DNA of 64,000 bases from Utricularia gibba (GCA_002189035.1 NEEC01000014.1:1054001-1118000), one strand, 5' to 3'. Positions 50,194-63,537 are shown, counted from the stretch's first letter. Notes: generated from the sequence alone by a model not told the origin. Program-made: numbers and translations.

Positions 50194-52134
50194 TCACCAG
50201 AAGTTAGAGCAGGAACATGATCCACCATGGAAATGATGGAATCTCATGTTGTCTCTCACAAGTATTTTCCTTGAAATAAGTTTAGAGACGCAGCACATAA
50301 ACATGTGACAGTCCTCACAGATTCTAAGGTTTTTCACGATTCTGATGACTGAGCCATCTTCAGTAGTCACCAAAGCGTAAGCTAAAGCTAACTTCTCACT
50401 GTGACTCATCAGAATCCTTCTTTTCTCCTCATCACTGACATCGTACACCACGCAGCTCATGTCAGGTTTGTATCCTTCGATCTTCAGCTCATTCACAAGG
50501 GTCTCTAGTCTTTCCCTTATCTGGATGGATCTTGGATGGGTCATCTCGCCTGCATGGAATTTGTGGATCACGCCATTTTCTCCTTCGACCCAACTGAATC
50601 CGGGGCTTTTTTGCAGGCCCTTTTGTTTCATTACCTTTTTCAGATTCAGAACGTCTTCCCATCTTTCTGCCTTGGCATAAACATGAGCAAGCAGAATGTA
50701 ATTCCCTAAATTCCAAGGTTCAAGCTCGAATAGGTTCCTTGCAGCAACTTCGGCTACATCTGGATCTAAATGTTTACGGCATGCTCCAAGAACAGCTCCC
50801 CAGATACCGGCATTGGGTTCCATAGGCATACTTTTGATTAGAGCAAGAGCTTCCTGCAGCCGTCCGCTTCTACTGAGAAGATCCACCATGCAGTTGTAAT
50901 GATCTATACATGGTTTGATGCCGTAAGATGACTCCATTATCTTGAAGAAATGCTGACCTTTGGATACAAGCCCTCCATGGCTACAAGCCGTGAGGACAGC
51001 CATGAAAGTCACCAAATTCGGTTCCACACCACTGGTTTTCACCATCTCCTCAAATAACTCTACTGCTGCATTTGCACTCCCGTGAATAGCAAGAGCATTG
51101 ATCATCGAACTGTAGGCATAGACATTCTTTTCCCGCATAGAATTGAAGACATCGTACGCTTCAGCAATGGATCCACATTTTGAGTACATATCAATCAACG
51201 CTGAACCCAAGTGTACGTCTGTTTCTGGGCTAAAAGGCGAATTTTCAACCACATTCATGACCCATTCAGCATATTTCACAGATCCCAGCTGCGCACAAGC
51301 GTTGATGATGCCTACCAGCGTTACCTCATCAACTTGCACCCCTGCGTTCTGCATTGCTTCGAAGTACTCCAAGGCTTCTTTTGGCTTCGCATTCTGCACA
51401 AAACCAGTTACCATTGCTGTCCATACCACAACATCCTTATCAGTCAAAGTAGAGAACAGTTCACTTGCAGAAACCATATCTCCAGCCTTGGCATAAGCAA
51501 CAATAAGAGTAGTCCATGAAATCATATCACGGTCAGGCATTTCGTCGAACATCTTTCTTGCCCAATCTAACCTTCCGCAATTCAAGTACATGTCAATCAA
51601 TACATTACCCACATGCGTATCTTCGATAAAGCCACCAAGTTTCAAGCTCTCACCATGGAGCTGCCGACCAAAATCAACGTTCATTTCTCTGGAAGACGCC
51701 TTCAGCAGGGCAGAGAAAGTAAACGACAGGGGAATGAGACCCACCTTTCTCATCGACTTATACGCAGAAACCGATTCACGGACCATCCCATCGATCAAGT
51801 ATCCCCTAATCAACGCTGTATATAGAAAAGCATTGGGACATCTCACCTGGGAAAAAACAGAAACTCCGTAACTGTTCATCGTCACGTTCATCCTTGATAG
51901 CGTCCTTAGAAGCTTCGCTACTATGTAAGAGGACTGATGGAGGCATTTCCGCACTAAAGAAGCATGGATTTGTTTGACGTGAGTGAGGCTCTTGCAACCT
52001 TCAAGTTCGTCAATAAGCCGGTTTTCTAACTGCCTGATTCGCTGCAGCTCTGAAAAGGGGATAAACGGAACCTTCTGAGACGGAAATTTGAAGGGCCTGG
52101 AGGAAGCCACCGAATCCGCAACGATGGAAACCAT
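50194..52134 (-). CDS. PLS-E-DYW pentatricopeptide repeat protein (PCMP-H, At5g44230-like), organellar C-to-U editing factor type
   Basis: 646-aa intronless ORF. PLS repeats (DMISWTTLI, GSALIDMYSKCG), PG-box KSPGFSWVE, HSEKLALA, IVKNLRICEDCH, RFHHFHGGSCSCSNFW. Confidence 0.95.
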   Translation of the reverse strand: MVSIVADSVASSRPFKFPSQKVPFIPFSELQRIRQLENRLIDELEGCKSLTHVKQIHASLVRKCLHQSSYIVAKLLRTLSRMNVTMNSYGVSVFSQVRCPNAFLYTALIRGYLIDGMVRESVSAYKSMRKVGLIPLSFTFSALLKASSREMNVDFGRQLHGESLKLGGFIEDTHVGNVLIDMYLNCGRLDWARKMFDEMPDRDMISWTTLIVAYAKAGDMVSASELFSTLTDKDVVVWTAMVTGFVQNAKPKEALEYFEAMQNAGVQVDEVTLVGIINACAQLGSVKYAEWVMNVVENSPFSPETDVHLGSALIDMYSKCGSIAEAYDVFNSMREKNVYAYSSMINALAIHGSANAAVELFEEMVKTSGVEPNLVTFMAVLTACSHGGLVSKGQHFFKIMESSYGIKPCIDHYNCMVDLLSRSGRLQEALALIKSMPMEPNAGIWGAVLGACRKHLDPDVAEVAARNLFELEPWNLGNYILLAHVYAKAERWEDVLNLKKVMKQKGLQKSPGFSWVEGENGVIHKFHAGEMTHPRSIQIRERLETLVNELKIEGYKPDMSCVVYDVSDEEKRRILMSHSEKLALAYALVTTEDGSVIRIVKNLRICEDCHMFMCCVSKLISRKILVRDNMRFHHFHGGSCSCSNFW

Positions 52135-53222
52135 CAGAATAGATATATAACCTTAGTTTCAGAAATCGAGTTCCCCTTCAATCTCTACTATCATATTTAG
52201 GCTTCTTCTCTTTCAATCCAAGATTTCTGGCGATAATCGATATCCTGCCCAACCTGCCAAGCAGCGTGCTGATGGCGCGCTGCCCTCTATCTTGAATCCT
52301 GGCATAGGAATTGGGGATGCTGAATACGAAGAGAGTCTAAATCGCGGTTACCATGCGTATCAGCGACGGCGCGACTTGCAGCGCAGATTGTTCGTCGGAA
52401 CCTCGTTGCGGTTGAGTTGCGAAGAGCGAGGTTTCCGATGACACGGAGTGCTGCCCACAGTTATTGGGCCCGGGCCCATAAGGAAAACAACAAAAACAAG
52501 AAAAAAATAGAAAATTTATTTTCTTGTGCATTCAGGGGAATCAAGAAGATCACTGTCTCCATAGATGAGTTGAACTTGAGCGTGGTTTCATGTATCCGAA
52601 ATCTCAATTGAATTGAAGAGTTGTAGTAGGTCATATGTACTTGAACCATATAATTAGTTTATTGGCTCTGGGCATTGAAAAATCATAAAATGGTCAGCTT
52701 TCATAGGGTGTTGTTTTCTTTGAGATTCCGATATTCTCTGGGGGGACGTGTTTTTGGGAATAGATGTCCATTTCGAGTTCTAGTCTGATCCCTGCGCCCA
52801 GCTTCGAAGGTCAAGCGTGTGATCTGCAAAATTACTGAGCTTTATTTCATTTTCCTGGCTTCACGGTGATGCGAAACTTCATCTTTCTTCTAGGTCTGAG
52901 CTAATTCGCTTGTTTTGGTTTGGGTTTGAATTGAAAAGTAAGAGGGAAAGAAAATTGCTATTTTGGGTCAAGCTTCTCTTGTACTTTTCCTATCTTTAAA
53001 GGGAGAGGAGTTTAAAAGCTTGTGTTTTGATTGTGTTTTCTTGTGAGCTGGAAAAGGGTGATTGTAGCTATGCTTGACCTGTTTTGAGGGTAGCTTGAGG
53101 TATACTTGGTTGTTGTTCTGTTTTTTTGTTGGGTATGGAAAAGAACAGTTAAATGTGATTGAGAACCGATTGATGGAATTTTGGGGCGTTCGTTTTGTGA
53201 AAAGCTTTTAGGTTTGTCAAAG

Positions 53223-55113
53223 ATGGGACTTGCTAATCATAGCTTGAAAACTGAATTCGTTGATGGTAAGAGATCGAGGAGAAAGAGGACAGAAGATGAT
53301 GATGATGCTGTTGATACTGGTTGTTGGTTTAAGTTGAGCTTTACGGGTAGTTGCATTCCTTCAAGATCTAAAGTTGATAGTTCAACAACTGGGACCAGGA
53401 ATCAGGGTAACTTCTTATATTCTCCTCGCTATATCAATTTTACGTTACCATTTGGAGGTTTTGCGTCTAGATTTTCTGTAGCAACAACCATGCCGGTGAA
53501 GTGATTGGCTGGTGTCAACACTTCAGTACATGTTTCTGATTAAACTCATCCATTATTTGATTCAACAGAAACTAAATCTGCTGATGACACCAGCAAAAAT
53601 GGAACAGCTGCTCCTGTTATCCCTCCCTCGAATACAAGCAACACTGAAAGCAGTTCTTCTTTGTCAAAGCTCGAGGAAGAGCTCAAGGTTTCTTCTCTGT
53701 TGCGGAAGTTTAGTTTTAATGATCTTAAGTTGGCAACAAGAAATTTCCGGCCAGAATCTCTTCTCGGTGAAGGAGGTTTCGGTTGTGTGTTCAAGGGATG
53801 GATTGAAGAGAACGGCACAGCGCCAGTTAAACCAGGAACAGGGCTCACCGTTGCTGTCAAAACTCTGAACCATGATGGGCTTCAGGGTCACAAAGAATGG
53901 CTGGTTTGACACTTTCTTTGCTATGTTTTTCTCTATTTCATAGTTGTGAAGCTGTATTTTCTTATTGCAGGCTGAAGTGCGCCTTTTGGGTGACCTTGTT
54001 CATTTCAATTTGGTTAAACTAATAGGCTACTGTATCGAAGATGATCAGAGGCTGCTGGTATACGAGTTCATGCCAAGGGGAAGCTTGGAAAATCACCTCT
54101 TCAGGAGTAAGTACCATACCCTGTGTTTGATTCACAATCACAGAAGAAAATGGGAAAATCCCAGACATTATCTGTTCTGCTTCACAGGGTCCCTGCCTCT
54201 TCCATGGTCCATTAGGATGAAAATAGCTCTTGGTGCAGCAAGGGGCCTCGCATTTCTTCACGAGGAAGCCGAGAGACCAGTAATATATCGTGATTTTAAG
54301 ACATCTAATATTTTGTTGGATGCTGTGAGTGTTCCATCTTTTGCTTCAAGCTTTCCAGTTCATGGAGTACATCCTTTAGCTCTCTTGATTCAGAAAATTC
54401 ATTCAACTCTCGTTCAGGAGTACAATGCCAAACTTTCTGACTTTGGGCTTGCAAAGGATGCCCCTGATGAAGGGAAGACACATGTTTCCACCCGAGTTAT
54501 GGGCACCTATGGGTATGCTGCCCCAGAGTATGTGATGACAGGTAAACAAGCATCCTCCATCCCTGCGATTTTCAAGCTCCATTTCTACCTCCATGGTCAG
54601 CTGTACAAGTTTGCTCTTCTTCTGTTATGATCGGCATTTGCAGGACACCTGACATCCAAAAGCGATGTGTATAGCTTCGGGGTTGTCTTGCTCGAAATAA
54701 TCACCGGAAGAAGATCCATGGACAAGAAACGACCCAATGGAGAGCACAACCTGGTGGAATGGGCAAGGCCGCATCTTGGTGAAACGAGGCAGTTTTACCG
54801 CTTGATAGACCCTCGTCTAGAAGGCCATTTTTCCATCAAGGGAGCTCAGAAGGCTGCCCTCGTCGCTGCAAGATGCCTTGCCCGTGATTCCAAGGCACGG
54901 CCTCTGATGAGCGAGGTCGTTGAAGCGCTCAAGCCTCTGCCTAACCTCAAAGACATCGCTAGCTCGTCTTACTACTTCCAGACGACCGGAAAAAGCGGCC
55001 TGAGAAGCTCCTCCAGAAACGGAATACAACACCCGAGAAGCCTCTCAATACCAAATGGTCATCAAGGTTCACCTTCCCATCAGCAGCTGGTAAAACCAAG
55101 TGGCAAGCCATGA
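53223..55113 (+). CDS. receptor-like cytoplasmic kinase VII (PBL34/PBL35/PIX7-like)
   Basis: Exons 53223-53406, 53569-53903, 53971-54106, 54188-54324, 54418-54541, 54644-55113. Motifs MG start, [51 protein letters not shown]. Confidence 0.95.
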
Positions 55114-55606
55114 GAGAACGGTTACTGTTGTCTGTCTTTTTTTTTGGCATTTGTATTTTTACTGTTGTTACTACAAAATGGGAATACAAGGAAAAGCTAG
55201 TGATTTTCAGATGAGGATTTTCAGGTCTTTGCCTTCAGGCATTTTCCGAAGTTCCGGCCTACCATGCAGCCAAATTTCCCTGAGCAGACACTAAACTAAA
55301 TGGTGATCAGGGACTGCCTCTCTGATCTTCTGTGTTTTGATATTTTTTCCACAGGCAGAGAGCTCTAAAAGCAAATGAATCAATTCACCCCAATTTCTCC
55401 AGTTGCTTATGCACTGTTCAACTGTTTACAATGAATCAATCATTCTGATTCCCTCCTAACCCAACTTATTATCCCTCCCATTTTTTGATCACTTGCTGTT
55501 GTTTCCTGAGGCCTTGCAAAATTCTTTACAGAGGCAGCTGCCTGAAGCAGCAGATCCATTAACTCAGTTGCCTAACGCTGTGCACGGTATGTGTAAATGC
55601 TTTGTC

Positions 55607-57678
55607 CTATGACTCAGCCCTGTGGTGAAATAGCTTTGTGATCGCCCTCCGTTCGCAGTCCTGAAAAAAAAAACATAAGGCTTTTAAGGTACGAGGAACA
55701 TGAAATGCTTTTTCTACTGTGAGTCTGTGATTGTGTGATGTCTGACCCTGAACATGTTCAAGTAGAAGGGGTTTCCAGGGTTGAGTCTTCTCAGCTTCAA
55801 GTAAGTGTAAGCAAAGCTCAGCTGATCACGCGATGTGAACCGATCAACTTCATTGAACCAAAGGCAAGAGAACAAGTTTGACATTGGTGTGTGAGCTCTG
55901 ACGATGAAGGAACCTTCAGGGACATCTGCAGAACAACAAGAATCCACAATCAATTCAAGCAGAAGAAAAGCATGTAATGCACACTTTGAGTGCACAAGAA
56001 AGGGGACGCACAGCTTGGGAGAGGAACATCTGAGCCAGACAACTCGTACTTTGTGAGACCATCATTCTGATAAAAAGTGAACTGCTCATCAATGGCCGAG
56101 TGGCTATACTTATTCAGGCGCTTGTTTTGAAGAACCTCCTCCCAGACACAGCGACGAGCATAGTGACTTGAGATTGCGTACTCAGAGCCATTCCGCCATA
56201 AGAAGTACTCGATGATCAGCATAGGGTCAGCATTCAGCCTCAGCTTGCTGTCCAGCCAAATGGAATACCTGTAGATAAGCGAAGAGAAGGTATTACTATG
56301 GCCACCTTTCTAACAGAAACATATGACAGAAATGAAAAGCATTACCGAGAAGCCGGAAAGAGCCGATGTGACAAAAATTTCGGAACTTTTCCAACTTTTC
56401 TCAAGTCCTCATACGGTAAGTTCCTCACAACAACAATCCTCCACAGCCCGACGTTTCCATTTTCATCAGGGGCCTTTCCCTCTGTCGAAAGCTTAGCCAG
56501 GCTTTCCTCATCGACAAACATAACAAAGCAAACATTTCTCTTAGAGAAATCACTGACCTGCAGATGGGAACTTCTATATCAAGATGATAGCAGCCAAGAC
56601 ATTGCAGGCATAGAAGCTGGAGCAGAAGTCAAAAGACAAAAGAATAATTTCTTACCAATTTACTTGCTGGTCTTCTCAGGAAGTCAGAGCTTCCAAAGAT
56701 ACATGAGGATACAACAACTCTACAGGTATTCATATATCTTTTGTCATCCTCACGTAAGTCAAATCCAGTGCTCGAATATCCATCATGGTTCTTAACAAAG
56801 CCACAGTGAACAGTCTGGTTTCTTGCATGATAGGAGTTCTCTCTGGCTTGAAGTGTCTGATGACCTCCAAATCTAGGATCAGTGAAGGAACTCATGTTCT
56901 CTCTTTCAACGAAAGACAATGCAAAACGATTGAACTTGATGTTATCCTCCGGTTCGTAGATGTTCGAAACAGAGTCCAGAAAGTGTATTTCACAAGGAAA
57001 GTAACCTGCAGAAACACAAATGAGCATTGTATTTCAGGAACCCACAGTCTCAAACCATCCGACGAACAACGCAGAGAGGTGGTTTTAAATCGGATTTCAG
57101 TTCACCTTATGGGGCAACAATACTATCTAAGCAAGATGAAACAACCTCAGGCATCATTTTGAATCAACTAATCTGTAAGAAACAGGGAGCACATTTGGCA
57201 TTTTTTTCACTCACGCTGTCTGTGTGGTTTCACTGGGGTCTTCCCTCCCTGAAACACAACTGGTTCTTCTTCATCATTCCTGATATTTCTCAAAGAAGAA
57301 AGTGTGCCTACAGATAACACAGAAAAGAAAACACATCATGAGACCACATATAAAATGAAGACTGCCAGCCAGAACCAAGCATTTTATGGTACCCCTTCAC
57401 ACAATCCAAAGATTGAACTCATGAATTGAGATTTTGGCCCAGTACCCTGTTTCGATTTGCTTCGCAATCACTAAAAATGAAAACGAGATCAACTCAGAAA
57501 TTAACTAACCATGAAGATGAATCTTTACTCCGAAGTAAGCCACAAGCAGGAGAAAGATTACTGCTAAGGACACCAACCAAAACCGGAATCTTTGCCTATG
57601 AATCCTTCCAAGTTTCCTCAATCTTCGGAAAGCCCATGAGTTTACGTCGCTGTGATCTTGAACTTTGTGATATCCCAT
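55607..57678 (-). CDS. DUF616 / TOD1-MUCI70 family type II membrane glycosyltransferase-like protein
   Basis: Exons 57510-57678, 57215-57307, 56656-57005, 56346-56557, 56012-56268, 55747-55925, 55607-55660, all GT-AG and in frame. TM WLVSLAVIFLLLVAYFGV; motifs VVVSSCIFG, KVPKFLSHRLFP, YSIWLDSKL, VPEGSFIVRAHTPMSNLFSCLWFNEV, RDQLSF. Confidence 0.92.
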
Positions 57679-58942
57679 CAATACAAAGCTCCCAAAAACA
57701 GCTCATCTGAGAACAACAGAAGCTATGATTCCAAGAATCTTTCAGCTACCCCCGTGGCACATCATAAAAAAGAGACCAGAAGACATTGCATTGAAACCTC
57801 CAGATTTCGGGAAGAATGCAAGTCGAAATGGATCAAGAAATGACGATCCGCGAAGACCGGTGTCAGCGTTTGGACATGAAGTAAACTTCCCGTCAGATTT
57901 CCATGGATTTAGAAGAAAACCAGATGACCAGGCCTGACCCGGTCGTTTTCTATGGACCTAAAGCCCACCTTCTATGACCCAGCGTAGGCCCAGCCCTAGG
58001 GGATTATGGGTCCAAAGGGTTTGACCATAACTGATAATTCCCTCCCAACAATACAATTAAATTGTAATTGAATAGCTTAAGATCGCGAGATATCCCTAAC
58101 AATAGTTAGTTAAAATCATACCTGTTTAAAATAGAAAAAAATAAAAATACGTTTCAATGATGATTTAATAATTATTCAATTTGATATCAGAAAAAAACGA
58201 ATTTTTCAATTTCCAATCGCCTAAATCATGGAACTAGAAGTTAAAACTGGCAAGAGTTTTTCATCTTTCTTTTTTAAGAATAGTTGTGGATTGACATTTT
58301 TTAAATTAACAATTAGATGACTTAAGTGAACAAATGTAAAATCAAGGTATATAAAAAACATTAAAAAAATTATATTCAATCGATTATTAATAATTTATAA
58401 GTTATTATATATGTTACGATTTTATTTTCAATTCTCAATTTTTGGTTTTTATTGTAATGTCATGATAGACCTAATATTTAATTCGGTTAAACTTTATTTA
58501 TTTTTTTATAATTGTAAATAATGCTCTAATTATAGATTGATATGATTTTTGTCACATAATCTCAATGTATCTCTTTATTTTTTAACTTAAAGTTAGATAA
58601 TATGAGATACATCTTGACCACTCAAATTATATAATAAGTAAAACATTTTGATGTCATGTTGAAATTAAGAATTCAATGAATCAGATAAATACATGTAAAA
58701 TATAAATACATAATAAATATAAATCATATTATAAAAAATTAAATCTAATTGATCAATAGTAATTTGTTATATAATAATTATTTAACTCTAAGTTTCAATG
58801 CAAGATTCTTTATTATAACGGGTACGACTAGGTTTTCACATTTGATTTATGAAAGTGAACAGTGATAACCCACCCACTTAACTCTTTAACCGAAAACACG
58901 ATGTGTTTCACGCAGGCGCACAGCCGTCGAGGACTTAAAACT

Positions 58943-59205
58943 CTAGTGTCGATTGTGAATGGGATCAGGCCCTCTTTGAACCCTCCTTTTGCTGGAGCTG
59001 CTCGCATCGAACTCGCTGCCCTGAGTAGAACGATCTGTTCCCTCGTTGCCCCGGAGCGGTACGCACTCCGCGTCCGCAACGGCCTCCGATGGCAGTCCTG
59101 CCGGTCGACCGGCGCCGTCATGGTGACCAGGCCTCGGACTGTGGAAAGGGCTAAGCAAGCGAAGAAGAGGAAGAGTGCCATGTGACAGCAGTTGCGCGCG
59201 ATCAT
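58943..59205 (-). CDS. CLE45: CLE (CLAVATA3/ESR) peptide precursor, CLE45-type, split by a frameshift
   Basis: Signal-peptide-like MALFLFFACLALSTVRG in one frame (ATG 59205 or 59181). C-terminal SSSKRRVQRGPDPIHNRH* in the adjacent frame, 12-mer at 58952-58987. One added G at 59049-59052 joins them into about 87 aa. Confidence 0.8.
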
Positions 59206-60421
59206 CTTGTGGGTGGGGATATCGGTAGCCTTTCCACTGCGCTTCGATCCAGGCGCAAAAGCCCTCATAAGGACTCACAGGAGAATCCAGTGAATTGCGT
59301 TCAATCGTATCAGCGCAAATTGCAGCATAAGAATGTCAGAGGAAGAATAAAGATGGCTGGAACAAAACCCTCATGAAGTTAAGCATCTTTTCATTTTTTT
59401 TTTCAATGCGTTTATTTCAACTAATAATAGTAATAATTGCAAAACAAAATATGTAAATAATTGATTATTTTAAAAAAACATAAATTGTGAAGAAAATTAA
59501 ATGAAATTCAAAATATTTAAGAGAAAATGTCTTTTTTTCAAAAAAGAAAAAGAAGGAAATTTTTTTGATGAACCTTTCTGGTATGGTAAAGATTCCTTTC
59601 ATGGTTATGAGCCTTTCCATTCATGGGAGCAAATCATATATTTGTCTAAATAAGGGAGACAAATGCTATTCCTCACATCTGGAAGGACTAAATAGCAAAT
59701 TCTATGAACTATAAAAAAATCACTACAAAGTTTATTTTATTTTCCAATCTCTATTCCCACTGTTAGTCCCATGATCAATCCCTTCATACATTTTCCACTA
59801 GAATATATTTATTATATTTATATTCAATTTTATTTTAACCCTACCATTTAAAACTCATTATCAATTTAATTTTTCAGCTTTGATTCATAAAATTATTTTT
59901 AATCTATTTTCACTCAATGAATTCAAAATGCGATTTTTGAAATGGTTATTATTTCTAATTTTAGGTTAAAATAAAATATTTTTAATCTATTAAAACTTTT
60001 TTTACTTTGAAAATAAAATAATTAATTTTATAAATATGTAAACTCTAATAGATAATTCTCAATTTAAAAAAAATTTAAATAAATATGTACAATCATTTAA
60101 TAAGTAATTTTAAAAAATAATGAAAATATATTAATTAATTTAATATTTTGAAATTCATACCCTATGGGGGAGAAACGTGAGGGTTTGAATTATGAGGTAA
60201 AATACAGTGGAATGTTGGTTTCGTTGTCCATCAGAGGATCTGACACCCAAAACAAACTTGCAACAATGTGGATAGTTTCCGGTGACCACCCGAATCCGAA
60301 CCAGAGAAGGAGGCCATTAATAGCAAGAGTGAGATCTCCGGCAGCGGTAGTAGTAGTAGTAGGTGATGGGTAGCTCCATCTGAACGACAACGACGTCACA
60401 GTGAGAAATAACAGCTTCCGG

Positions 60422-61416
60422 TTACTCTTCTCTCCTGCTTCGTCTGGAGGTCCCTCCATCTCCATGTCTTTCGTTCTGGGGAACCTCCACGCCCAGAAAG
60501 TCGATGAATGGCGGTGGAGGGGCGGAGGCACCGGAAGGGTTGAATGGGAGGATCCTGTGTTGCGCAGAGAGGGTCTGGTTCTGGGTGTGCACGCGTAGTT
60601 CTCCTCCTCCTTCTGCTGCTGTCTCCGGGAATAATGATGATGACCTTCCCCACGTGTGGTACTGGGCTCCTGTGATGATCACGATGACGTGGGTTCGGTG
60701 AGGAGGGTAATAATGATAATTGGGTCCGGAGATGAGAGAAGGCATACCGGGGAAGAAAGCGAGCGGGGGCGGAGGCCAGAATTCGACGGGGTTTCGTTGT
60801 GGGGATGTGTTGTCGGAGACGTAGTGCTGGCCGAATTTTCTTCTTCTGTTGGCGGAAGAAGATTGCTGCTGCTCGCGGTATTTTCTCGCCATGACCACGT
60901 GCCAATGATTCTTCACGGCGTTGTCGGTTCTTCCCGGAAACAGCCGCGCGATCATCGCCCATTTGTTGCCGTACAGCCGGTGCGCCGCCATCAGCTTCTC
61001 CTCCTCGTCGTCGGTGAAGGCCCTCCTATTTATCCGAGGATCCAGCTGGTTGAACCACCGCAGCCGGCAGCTTTTCCCTTCCAAAACCAACAAACAGACG
61101 CCTCAGCAGATGCCTTCCATCACCGGAGAGAAACACTATAATGTAGATGTAATACTAAGTCACCTGATCTCCCCTGAAGCTTCTCCGCAATGAGATTCCA
61201 GTTCTGGGGTCCGTAAGTGGCAACAAGCTCCTTCAGCTTCAAGTCCTCCACGGGCTTCCAATGCCCTCTACAGCACATCTTGCTAAACTGCTGCTGCTGC
61301 GGCACCAACCCTTCAGCTTCTTCATTCAGATCAAGCCCCCATCTCTTCAACACGTAGCTCCTCCTGCTACTAGTATCAGTAGAAGAAGAATCCGCAGCAT
61401 TGCTCGCAAAGGCCAT
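60422..61416 (-). CDS. R2R3-MYB transcription factor, subgroup 21 (MYB105/MYB117 LOF-like)
   Basis: Exons 61164-61416 and 60422-61077. [16 protein letters not shown]...[49 protein letters not shown], and near-C-terminal PPFIDFLGV. Confidence 0.92.
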
Positions 61417-63537
61417 TTCTTTTGCTAAGTCTGAGACAGAGAGAGAACTGGGTGTGGGGACTGAAGAACTGGGAGTTGATTGCCAGATAAAATAACAAGA
61501 AGCAGAGAGCTCCCTCCCTCCCTACCTCCCTCCTTCTCCCTCTCTGGTGCGTGTCCCTACAGAAGAGTTAGCAGTTTTCGTGCTCATTTTGGGGTCTGAC
61601 ACGGGAAATTGGCGTTTTGTTGACGGGGCCATTCATCGTATTCGATGAAGGAAGTTGATCCACAAAAGTAAAAGATTTTGAGAAGATAGCTTTTTTCAGA
61701 CACAGAAGAAAGAGAAGCATCACAACTAGTAGTCAAGTGAAGTCTAACAGAAAGGCACTGCTTCCCTTGATGATGCTAATAATGAGCTTACTGTTTCTTT
61801 TTCTTTTCTGTTGCTTGCTTCTTCCAAGGGCTTTTGACCGCCATAAATTTCCTCCATAAACAATAAAATAACCCCAACCTCCATGCACAACAATACAGAA
61901 ACACCCTAGAAAAAAATCTCTTGCTTCCTCCCATGGCCACCATCCTGTGCACACACTTTTTTACTAGGAAAGCCTGTACCTCCCTCAAACCTCAGTTCCC
62001 ACAACACAAACACCATTACCCATAGTTACAATACCAGAAGAAAATGAAAACAAAGAACTGGCGTAATGTGATTGTCTGATACAGATTTTGACTGGCAGAT
62101 TCCACCGATGGCATCCATTTTTGGGACTGCGATGGGATGATGGAGGATGGGGAACGGTAACTTTTGAGTGGTTAAAATGGGGTAATCCATATGGGCGTCT
62201 GCTGGATCCACAGTGTGTAAGAATCTCAGTGCAGCTCTTTTACCAGATTGAATGCTGCTGAAGATTTTGATTTTAACCCCGTGGGATAAAAACCCAAAAA
62301 AAAAAGAAGAGAAGGGAGTTGCAATAATGCCGATGGTTTGAACATTTGACGACAGATGGAGGTGTAAAAGGAGAAAGACGTGGAGGAGCAAAACCAAGCG
62401 CAGACGAAACCAGTTAATTTATTTCCTCTGCGCGAAGACTACCCAGAGGACCGCCACACACGCAGATATCCATCCTCTCCCCTTCAGTGAAACCTGGGGC
62501 CACAAATGTAAATTCCGCTTCCTCTGGTCTCCTCCATCCACAAAATCTACGTTCTTTTTCTTCTGTGTGTTCACACGCGTTCATGAATTTCGCATTTTGC
62601 ATCCGCGCCCCTCAACTTTTGTATATTTAATAATTAATATATAGGCCCTCCACCCGGAATTAAAGTCAGAATATTTGATATTAGTTAGTATTTGATTGAT
62701 GCGATGCCATAGGACTATAAATATTTAATTAATAGTTTTAAATAATCTAGATATTGTATGAATTTTTTTTAATTCTGCATATATAAATTATTTAAAATTA
62801 TATCATTTTAATTTAATAAAAATCAATTAATTCTATTTTCAATCTCAATAATAAAAAGTATCTAAAAAATCAATCTATTTGAATGAATTTTATTTAAATC
62901 CAAGTAAATTAAATCTATTTAATTTATTTTATCAAGCATATGCAATTCAATCTTGAACTTTTTAGGATACGTATTCCAACCAAACCATCATTTTAAGAAT
63001 TGATTAATTTATAATAATCTAAACCATTTTAATTTATATCCACCTAACAAACTTGGACTTCCACTTAATATGCAAGCACAAAAACTATCCTCGAAAACAA
63101 CCATTTTCCCCTTTCAAACATGAAAGTAAATGAAAAAGAACCTGAAAATCAGGTTTGCAGGTCCTGCCACAAAACACTGCATTGATTTATGAGCTTAAGC
63201 ATTCTGGTAATCTTCAACTTCAAATCATTTTACAGAATTAAGCGCACCCTGGTAGGTAGGGAATACCCCCCTGAATGCGGTGTTCTTGAGCATTGCAGAG
63301 CTTTGTTTTCAATGGCCACTGGCATTGCAGGGCAGGTGGATATAGTAGGCATGGTAACTAATTCTATGCTTTAGAAGGATTGGAGTTCAGTCATGCCTCA
63401 ACAATGGCGCAGAGCGCGCGCAGCAAACCACATATATCATAAGGATGTCACAGTTGATCAATTGAACCACAGAGCAGTCTCATCATCGTTCGGCATTTTG
63501 TAAGTAAATGTACAAATGAAGAAGCAAGGAAGATGAC

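Noticed and set aside
57075-57173. Exon-like segment with good acceptor and donor inside the DUF616 gene
   Set aside because: Stop codons occur in all three frames, and the flanking exons join in frame without it.
61690-61725. ACAGAAGAAAGAGAAGCA resembling miR156/157
   Set aside because: Several mismatches and no complementary star arm nearby.
62026-62397. 123-aa ORF with a hydrophobic start and a DY dipeptide (possible RGF/PSY-type peptide)
   Set aside because: TTG start, no C-terminal peptide consensus, and it lies in the MYB upstream region.
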